Made by a program: the position numbers and the translations under genes. This document shows, one piece after another, positions 32,611-41,899 of a stretch of 41,899 bases of DNA; the first letter of the stretch is position 1, and each line of letters opens with the position of its first letter. The stretch is from Nemertoderma westbladi. Lineage: Eukaryota > Animalia > Xenacoelomorpha. The stretch lies in the NCBI GenBank assembly GCA_032718475.1, contig JAUCBJ010000573.1:1-41899 (forward strand), in the 5' to 3' direction. The notes under the pieces were generated by a model. The model searched no databases, was not told where the DNA came from, and was given only the letters and a program-made list of their open reading frames with translations.

Positions 32611-34615
32611 ACAATCTCCACTGGCTTTGCAACACCGCGATATTCCAGCGACGTTTACTGCCAAGGATCTCGAGGCTGAGTTCACGGTTTTGGATCTCAT
32701 TGCTGGGGCGCCCAATCCCATCCCAGGATATGGTAACTTACTGCAGGGAGTTACCCAAGCCTTCCTGCGTGCCGATCTCGCCATTCTAACGTCATTCGAT
32801 ATAACGGTGATGATCGGTAAAGACTCTGACTCTTCGTTCTTCCTGTTCGACTCCCACGCGCGGGATGCCCAAGGTTTACCTTCGCCCGAGGGCGTCGCTG
32901 CGCTAACCATTTACTCAACTATTGACGGACTTGTTGCCGGTTTCTATAGGGGAGTGCCTGGGAGTCTGCAAGATAACGCACAGTACGAGATATCGTGTGT
33001 CAGAGTCCGCGCCCAGTTTACGGTGGAATCGCGACGGCGTGCTGCCCATCGTGCGAGTGTAGAGGAATACCGGATTAATAACCCGGAGACTCATCGCGAG
33101 AACGTTGCGCGCAACCGTATTAATAACCCGGAGACTCATCGCGAGAATGTTGCGCGCAACCAACGTGTTAACCCCGAACCCCATCGTGCAAGAGTGGAGG
33201 AATACAGGGTTAATAATCCGGAGGTCCATCGCGAGAACGTTGCGCGCAACCGTATTAATAACCCGGAGACTCATCGCGAGAATGTTGCGCGCAACCAACG
33301 TGTTAACCCCGAACCCCATCGTGCAAGAGTGGAGGAATACAGGGTTAATAATCCGGAGGTCCATCGCGAGAACGTTGCGCGCAACCGGATTAATAACCCG
33401 GAGACTCATCGCGAGAATGTTGCGCGCAACCAAAGTGTTAACCCCGAACCCCATCGTGCAAGAGTGGAGGAATACCGGATTAATAACCCGGAGACTCATC
33501 GTGAGAATGTTGCGCGCAACCAACGTGTTAACCCCGAACCCCATCGTAGCGCCGCCTTGCTCCACCAACGTGTCAACCCCGAACCCCATCGGAGGGCCGT
33601 TGCAGCGGATCGGGTGAGGCGCGTTGTTGAAGGTAACGTCACCGATCCTCCACCAGTTACAGTGACTGTTCCAACTCTCGAGGACAGAACACGAGTTTGG
33701 GACAAAATGACTCGGAGTTTGGGGGACGACGGAATGGGTCAGCGGACCTGTTGCGTTTGCGACGAGTCCGTATTCCTGGATTCCATCCATGAAATGTTAC
33801 GTACCGGTAACGACAATAGCGAGTACGACCGGATGATTGGTTTATTCCAGAAGAAACTCACTCCCGGGAGCTCAACCAATTATCCCGCTGCGTTGATTAA
33901 CCTCTATTCGGTCGACTACTTGGATTCCCGTCTAAAGGACGTATTATTGTCTCCCAGGGGTTTTAAGGTTGATCAGGGTGGTTCAGTGCGATTGCGTATT
34001 TGTTCGACCTGTTTGAACTCGATCAAAAACGCAGTTATTAAGAAACCACCAAAACTCTCTATCGCAAATGGTTTCTTGTTAGGAAAAGTTCCTGCGGCAC
34101 TTGCTGACGCAACCGACGCCGAGTGGAATTTGGTTGTTCGCGCGACGCCGACCTGTAAGACTGTAGTTGTTAGAGGCGGCGCGAATAAGATGATGCAGTC
34201 GCATGTCTTAGTTTGGGGACAACCTGACACTCCGGCTGCCATTCAACTACCTCGAGTTCTGCAGGACTCCGTTTCGGCGTTTCGGGTGATTCTAGCCGGA
34301 GCGTTAACTTCAGTCCAACGTTTACTGGCTATGAAACGCTGCACCATCCGACGCGATAAAGTAAACGCGCTCCTTACGTTCCTACTCGCCAATAACCGTC
34401 TCTACGGCGATGTGGAGCGCATTCAGGGGCGGTTAGATGAACTGCCCGCCGATGACATCCCCAGTTCGATGATCAGCTCTGTCGTCGATGAAACAACGGA
34501 AATGGAACTGGGGGAACCTACGTCGTCTCACACTCGCCCCGCTGATATTGTGAACGTCGCTGACCTAGAGGAGGGTGTCGAACGTACAGACGCCTCTATA
34601 TTCTCTTCTAACCAG
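32611..34615 (+). CDS. Helitron gene exon 3: DUB D-x-H motif, 15-aa repeats, Cys cluster, DUF6570-like region
   Basis: TTTTAG| acceptor in frame with ORF 32627. FFLFDSHARDAQGLPSPEG, TCCVCDE...RICSTC and KPPKLSIANGFLLGKVP...IRRDKVNALLTFLLANNRLY are typical of Helitron-associated proteins. Probable phase-0 donor CAG|GTTGGT. Confidence 0.85.
33068..33607 (+). repeat. Coding minisatellite, 12 x 45 bp (15 aa) with a 135-bp higher-order period
   Basis: Units YRINNPETHRENVAR / NRINNPETHRENVAR / NQRVNPEPHRARVEE repeated. Confidence 0.93.
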
Positions 34616-34771
34616 GTTGGTGTTTTGTTGGTACTTGTAATAATCGATGGGCCGAATTAGTGTATTTGGTTTATTGTTTTACTATAAATTATTAATATGG
34701 ATGTAAATTGGAATATTTCACTTCTATCAGACTCTATCATGGTTAAAATGTCAGACGAATTTAGTTATTTT

Positions 34772-35585
<814 letters not shown>

Positions 35586-36296
35586 CGGTATTCATTTATT
35601 ACAAAAATGCATAACTTTCCTTCAATATTCATAATTCAGGCAGTTACAGTTCCTAGATATAAAAAGCTGCTTCATAATAATATTTTGAATATAAATCAAT
35701 TCCTACGATTCATACTGTCCATCATTATACTCAGTACTGTTCTAACGAGAATGTTAAGACCAGGTCTGCAACATTTATTTCGCGTCTAAAACATTGTTTA
35801 AAGTACATAATGGAGCCGTATATGGCGCAGCTGATGAATATTTAACGCCACCCGCCACTATTGGGGAGGACATAGCATCCATTGACTCCGACTCTGTAAT
35901 AGGTACCTATATTATTAATATATAGATGAACACTTGACTGCAAGCATTGTGTATTATTGACATAAAATATTTTATTGTCACGGGGGTGTGTATTACAAAT
36001 TTACTATTGTGACAGATGGGGTAGCTGAGCTTGCGTGACACTTTGTGATAGAGATGGGAGGGGGGGGGGGGGGGGGGTTGGGTGTCAAAAATCGTGGAAA
36101 TTTGCTTGACATACTTTATGAACGTCCCATACTTACCATGGGACAACTATTTGTTCTTTATTATATATTTATTTTTGCAGATCTAATCTGTCGCTTATTA
36201 ATTGATACGACGATTTTTGCTACAAAGTATATTGAAATGTAATGAGTAATTTTTATTATTTTTTAATTATGTTTTTTTGGTTAATTATATTTGCAG

Positions 36297-36877
36297 GTGA
36301 CGCAATCTGCAACGCAAGCGCAGATGTTACAACGAATGGGGGGATGTGACGATGAACTTGTCTTACGGCGCAGTTCACATTTACTGTCGGACTGGAACTC
36401 AGAGACTCGGATGCTAATGTTCGCCAAGCAGTTTCCCTTCGGTTATGGCGACCCGGGGGACATCGCAGGCGTTGGGAATGTCGAAGGATTTCGTCATCTA
36501 CTCCGGTTATCGACACAACAGTTTAGCGATTCGGAATCTGTCCTCCGGGTTTTTGACATTCTGTCCCGCGAACAAGCACTGAGTAATACGTCTTTACGGT
36601 TGCGGAAATTCCCTGGCGTTTGTGCGAATATTAACTCGGTTACACGCGATGAACTCAAAGAATTCCTCGATAAGTCGCGTAATGAAACCGTTAATAACTC
36701 GGGGAACGCGCGATCGTTAATGACTCACGTGAAGATAGTCTCTGGAACTAAATGGGGATCCGATGAGCAACGAACTCAGGAGCGGAGAAAGTTATACAAC
36801 CTGATAACTAAGTTTGGTAACCCACATCTGTTCCTCACCGTTGCTCCTAACGAAATGGGATCCCTTGCGGTTTTCAG
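36297..36877 (+). CDS. Helitron gene exon 4: Helitron_like_N-type region up to Rep motif 1
   Basis: TTGCAG| phase-0 acceptor. FAKQFPFGYG, FRHLLRLSTQQF and GSDEQRTQERRKLYNLITKFGNPHLFLTVAPNE (G.P.lFlT motif). Phase-2 donor AG|GTTAGT. Confidence 0.88.
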
Positions 36878-36964
36878 GTTAGTTTATATTTAATTAAAGG
36901 CGGGGTGTTGGGGGGTGGTGTACCTGGATTACGGAGACACTATAAACCAGGACATAGTTTACAT

Positions 36965-37230
36965 TTATTCCTAAAATGTGGGGCGAACCACAAAGTAAAT
37001 GAGCATTGCATTAGCATACAGTTGTCGGCGTTGTCCGTTTGTCTGTCTGTCTGACTCAATGATTGGACGCCAATACCGGTATCTCAGCAACAGTTCAGCG
37101 ATTTCTTTGAAATTTGATATAGTTGAGAAAAATTTTCATTTCATTAAATTAATAAGTTTCTGGCGTCATGTAATTCATGGTTTGGCGAAAGGTGGCGCCA
37201 TATATAACTTCGTCTATGAGTAACTGTTGA
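36965..37230 (+). mobile_element. Possible DINE-like fragment in intron 4
   Basis: GTCCGTTTGTCTGTCTGTCTG microsatellite followed by ATCTCAG...CGATTTCTTTGAAATTTG, like DINE/HINE cores; termini not resolved. Confidence 0.35.
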
Positions 37231-37745
37231 ACCACTGCGCCTGCATACAATGTGACGATATTTTTACAGAATGACTAATGGAATGGTGATGAAAAACCTG
37301 TATATTAATTAAGTTTTGTTAAATAAAAGTGTAACATTTTTAAGGAATGTTTCAAAATATTATATTGATCAATTAAATTGATAAGCATAAAATAATTATT
37401 TTTCTAGCTTCTAAAATTCTTTACATTTCAGTCTCGTCTATATTACCGTAGCCAACAAATCTGGAGATGCATCAGGTAACGTATGGCAGATTTACTTTGC
37501 AGTAATTTCAATTTGCGAAACAACCCCCCCCCCCCCCCCCTCCCTCCCTCCGTGATACACATTTGTACCAATTAGCCTACTTTACTATCGTGTTCCATGC
37601 GCTCCCTGATCACTTTTTGGTGTCAATCCGTTATGAGTGGGTTATTTAATAAGCGCTATTCTATATTAAATATATATTACTATTATTATTATTATTATAT
37701 TATTATTAATAACTAATAATTTTTATATTTTTATTTTACTTTCAG

Positions 37746-37889
37746 ATATGCAGAGGCGTCTAATGGGAAGGATATATCTGTTCAGTTCAACGATACGGTA
37801 CAGCAATATACCAAACTTGCTACTGTTTCTTTCAATAAATGTACTGTAGCTATATATTTCACATTAAGCAAAATGATCATCTCATTATG
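37746..37889 (+). pseudogene. Possible truncated exon 5 of the Helitron gene
   Basis: Strong acceptor TTTTACTTTCAG| in the right phase gives (R)YAEASNGKDISVQFNDTVQ..., then a stop with no HUH motif. Confidence 0.4.
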
Positions 37890-38635
37890 ATTGACAGATT
37901 AGCACGATAAATTCTACTCCAGTATTTGTAAGAATGATAACTCTTATTACAATCTGACCTCATCAAAAGCCATGCGAGCATCATTAAATTTGATAGAAAC
38001 GGCATAAAAAAACCTTAAGATATTTTCGTTGTTTGCCATCTTATTAATCTCATTAAATTTTCTGGGGGGGGGGGGGGGGGGGGGGGCTTACTAGTGTAAC
38101 TAACCCGTGTCACCATAATTCTGCCTTTGTATAGCTGTTTTGGCTAGTGATTTATGTTCTGGAACATATTTTGGACTCATTACATGATAAATTTTTGTGG
38201 TAGCTAGTGTTTTCAATGGTAGTTAGTGTATTCATAAAAATGGTACAGTAGCTAGTGTTTTCAAAAATACCAACAAATCGTATTATTATTAGGAATATCC
38301 ATATTATAGTAAATTTGGTTTATCTTTATTTATTTATCAGTGAAAAGAGCCTAGTATAGAAGAAAATAAAACATTATTAACGTTATTTCTGCAACAATTA
38401 ATTAAATAAGATACTTAAAAAAATACAGTTGTTGCACAGATTCGGTCGTATTGTCCTTACCTTATGTTAGAGGCAATGAGTGCGGAAATGAAAAAAATCA
38501 AGGAGAGCTCCTTGTAACAAGTACGAAAAATAGAAAAGAAGGTCCACTCATTTCCAGTATAGACCCCTCAGAACTATACTGCTTACAGGCAAAGAGATAA
38601 CCGGTACCGATACTATGATAAATATAAAAGGCTGG

Positions 38636-39387
38636 AGTTCCGTATAGGACTGCGTTTTTAAAATATATGCCATTGTTACTATGGCAACATTGAAGAGTTC
38701 TAGAACAATAGAAAAGTATTATATACTATTCTAGAACATAAATAAAATCAAAAATATAATGTTCTAGAACATATAGCTAGTTTTTTTTAATTTTAAAATA
38801 GCTAGTAAATTTTAACAAATATCCAATTTGGACTCGTAATCATTTAATAATTATTGTATGAAATATGATTATTAAAGTGATGCATTTATTAAATAGAATT
38901 AAATTTGGTAGATAAATTTTCTAATAAATAAATAATATAAATGAATAAATTTTTTTGTGTTACTAGCTATTTTAAATTTGAACTAGCTACCGGTATATGT
39001 TCTAGAACATTATATTATTTGTATTATTTATGCTCTAGAATAGTGTATAATACATATAATATGACATAAATAAAATAAAAAATAATACTGTTCTAAAACA
39101 TATAGCTAGTTTTTTTTTAATTTTAAAATAGCTAGTAAATTTAACTAATAATACAATTTGGTACCGGTAGATAAATTTTTTAATAATAATATAAATATAT
39201 AATTTTTTTTTAATTACTAGCTATTTTAAATTTAAAAAATTACTAGCTATATGTTCTAGAACAATAATTTTTTTATTTTATTCTTGTTCTAGAATAGTGT
39301 ATATTATATATTTTTTGTTCTAGAACTCTTCACTGTTGCCATCGTAACAATGATTTATGTTATAAAAATGCAGTTCTATACGGAACT
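38636..39387. mobile_element. ~750-bp palindromic MITE-like element
   Basis: AGTTCCGTATAGGACTGCGTTTTTA...CATTGTTACTATGGCAACATTGAAGAGTTCTAGAACAA is mirrored at the right end; internal TTCTAGAA and TAGCTAGT subrepeats; no TSD identified. Confidence 0.8.
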
Positions 39388-39913
39388 GTAACCAATATAA
39401 AATAAGTATTTCTTATTTATAATTCCTTCGATATTGGAGTTGCAACTTGTAATTATGAATTTATGTACTAATATGGAATAACATTCAAAGCTGAAAGTTT
39501 GAACTCAAACTCTCATCCCTAGTGGTATTAATTCATTGTGTACAAATATTAAACCTAATAATCAATTTACTTTAGTTAAATTTATAATTACATTATTACG
39601 TATCTTGTTCTAGAACCATTTAATTTTATAGTAACTTTGGATTCATTTTCTAATGGCCAATGTACCAATGATTTTCTTTAAAGAAGTATTTTTTGTCCCC
39701 GCTGTAATCCGCATTTCAATCAATTAAAGGTAAATAATTTTTTCCTTATCCTTCGGCCTCGAAATAGTATGAGTGTACTATTATTCATTTTAATTTAATT
39801 AAAAAGTTAAATTATTTTTCCCTTTAAAAGACAGTGCAGTGCAACCACGTTCTGTATTTCTCTGCCTATTACTTTGACAACCACATTATTAATTAAAACT
39901 TATTATGTTTTAG

Positions 39914-40415
39914 GATTTCGGCTGGGGAATGTTTGGCTCTGCTGTACGAACTGGGGAGAGAGAGCGGTCGTCGCACCTTCCGAGGGCAGACTCATCGGGA
40001 GTTATTGGAGCGATTGGAGGAGTTGGCGACCGATAGTAATCGGCACAGGGCTAAACGAGATCGGAGGCAACAGCGGTCCTGTTTCCGGGATATCCTGCGG
40101 AGTATATCGGGGATGGAATACCCCTACACTAAGATACGGTTCGGTAGGGAACTTCTGGAACTCAACTCATGGTGTCGGAAACTCCAGTACAATGTGTTTA
40201 AGGATATCCTTGGGTCCGGGTTGAGTTTGTACCTCCGAGAGAATCATTTACTCCGAGATATATTCGGGTTGGGGGCGCCTCTTACTGTGGATCACGTCGT
40301 AGCCAAAGTATCCAAACGGGAGCGTCAGTTTATCAACTCTGAGAACTTTAAGGCTCAAACAACAGTCCGGGGAAAGTTGAGGGATAAACGCAGTTACCGG
40401 ATTCCCGACGAATAG
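39914..40415 (+). CDS. IFRD1: Terminal coding exon of an interferon-related developmental regulator (IFRD1/IFRD2-like) gene
   Basis: TTTTAG| acceptor then (R)ISAGECLALLYELGR...LATDSNRHRAKRDRRQQRSCFRDIL...IRFGRE.L.LNSW...QY..FKDILGSG...L.EN.LLRDIFGLG...FKAQT..RGKLRDKR, matching the IFRD C-terminal half. IFRD1 versus IFRD2 cannot be distinguished. Confidence 0.9.
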
Positions 40416-40637
40416 ATTCCTGTCCTTTTCTCCCGGACACTTTAGGTTTATTATATTATTTCATTATTATTTAAATGTCATTAATCAGTGTAGGAATAGA
40501 TTTCAATATGGTTTGTGAGGTTGCTTTCTATATCGTGTTGGAGCTAAATTATTTTGGAGCGATGCCGCTAGAATACGGGCTCGTTCTACCAAGATAAGGT
40601 GCTAAACTGCTAAACATTGTCAATATATTTTGAGTTA

Positions 40638-40830
40638 TGGGCTGGGCTGGGCTGGGCTGGGCTGGGCTGGGCTGGGCTGGGCTGGGCTGGGCTGGGCTGG
40701 GCTGGGCTGGGCTGGGCTGGGCTGGGCTGGGCTGGGCTGGGCTGGGCTGCGGGCTGGGCTGGGCTGGGCTGGGCTGGGCTGGGCTGGGCTGGGCTGGGCT
40801 GGGCTGGGCTGGCGGCTGAGCTGGGCTGGG
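40638..40830. repeat. (GGGCT)n pentanucleotide microsatellite
   Basis: About 190 bp of nearly perfect GGGCT repeats. Confidence 0.97.
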
Positions 40831-41899
40831 GATTCCGAATCTGGTATCAGTTTTTCGATTAGTTGCTTTCATCTCGAGTTAGGCAATAATTGCAATTTTA
40901 ACGTAAAATTTTTAAATTTGGTACAGCACCTCTTTGACACCAAAAAGGCCAAAAACCACCCGAAAATTTTGAAATATTTTGCGAGTTTCGGAATCAGCCC
41001 CAAAAAGTTCCCTATTGGTATCAAAACCATAAAAGAAGATTGGAAAAAATTTCAAAGTGTTCACTTTTGGTGCATTTTTGTCAGTTGTAATCAGGAGAAA
41101 ATTTCAATGCCATTATTCTCGCGATGACTTTTTTTTGTGATACTTTGTTGTACATATACATCATAAAACATCATACACACATTTTAACTACTCTCTAATC
41201 TCTAACTTTCGTTTTGTTTGCAGAATTAAGTAGATAAATATTCCACGCAAAAATTTGTTCATTAATTAAAAAATAAATAGAGAAAGTGTTCCAAAAAATC
41301 AATCGCGGGAAAAATTACATTACAATTTTCCTGATTACAACTGACCAATCATGCACTACAAATGTTTCCAAAAGTCGCGAACAAAACAACTTATAGAGAA
41401 ACTGATTTCTGATTCGGAATAACCATGAATTTGATAAAATTTGATATTGGGAAATACATTTAAAATAAAACTGTCGAAAAAAACTAGGTGTGAACCAGTG
41501 TTTAAACGGGATCAGACTTTTCGAGATTTCCTGGATCGGGATTATCACTCTCGGGATCCTGTTTAAACACTAGGTGTATCCCCTCTCCAAAAAAATGTTT
41601 ATTCGACTCAAATATAATGTGGTTCTGATAATATAAACTCCTTATTTATTAGTTATACAATATGGCGAGAATACGGAGAGAGGAGATTCCCAAACCTCTT
41701 TTTGTCTGTGTTATTAAAAAGCCGCCGCAGGGCAAGCGTAAGCGAAATAATAACAATTACAATATAACTAATGTACCTCTACCTAGACCAATATACAACA
41801 AAATAGTTCCTTCGCGTAGCGCGTCACATAAACTTATGTTAATCAATATTATATATATTTAATTATTTCGGCACATTATGTTTAAAACATACTGGAACA

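Noticed and set aside
32915-33790. 291-aa antisense ORF and alternative-frame ORFs
   Set aside because: By-products of the stop-poor 45-bp coding repeat.
38400-38560. Penelope-like remnant (VVLSLPYVRG) or a missing IFRD/Helitron exon
   Set aside because: Only a short motif with broken frames; insufficient support.
40549-41127. GLGWA / PSPAQ repeat ORFs
   Set aside because: Translations of the (GGGCT)n microsatellite.

Overview
AT-rich eukaryotic (probably invertebrate animal) genomic DNA made almost entirely of nested transposable elements. From left to right: (i) a ~1.05-kb direct repeat bracketing a hAT transposase C-terminal remnant; (ii) a putative ~5-kb TIR element (4868-9887) containing a 3.1-kb foldback-type element (5235-8348, 9-bp TSD TTCTTTGAG) whose arms are 53-bp tandem arrays; (iii) an apparently intact 5.2-kb DNA transposon (9922-15125; ~350-bp TIRs, TACGG...CCGTA) carrying two convergent ORFs, an IS3EU-like DDE transposase and a 731-aa HECT-type E3 ubiquitin ligase that retains its catalytic Cys; (iv) a ~12-kb head-to-tail array of Helentron/DINE-1-like non-autonomous rolling-circle elements with two different sets of co-varying termini; (v) a spliced Helitron/Helentron gene (29822-36877+) whose N-terminus is a herpesvirus-tegument-type (peptidase C76/VTD) deubiquitinase split over three exons and missed by the ORF track, followed by a 15-aa coding minisatellite, DUF6570-like and Helitron_like_N-like regions, but with no HUH or helicase in the window; (vi) a palindromic MITE and a lone terminal exon of an IFRD1/2-like gene that is splice-phase compatible with the Helitron gene. 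The strongest candidates for new biology are the HECT-ligase-carrying transposon and the deubiquitinase-carrying Helentron with its satellite array. All domain calls are by eye from motifs; no searches were run.
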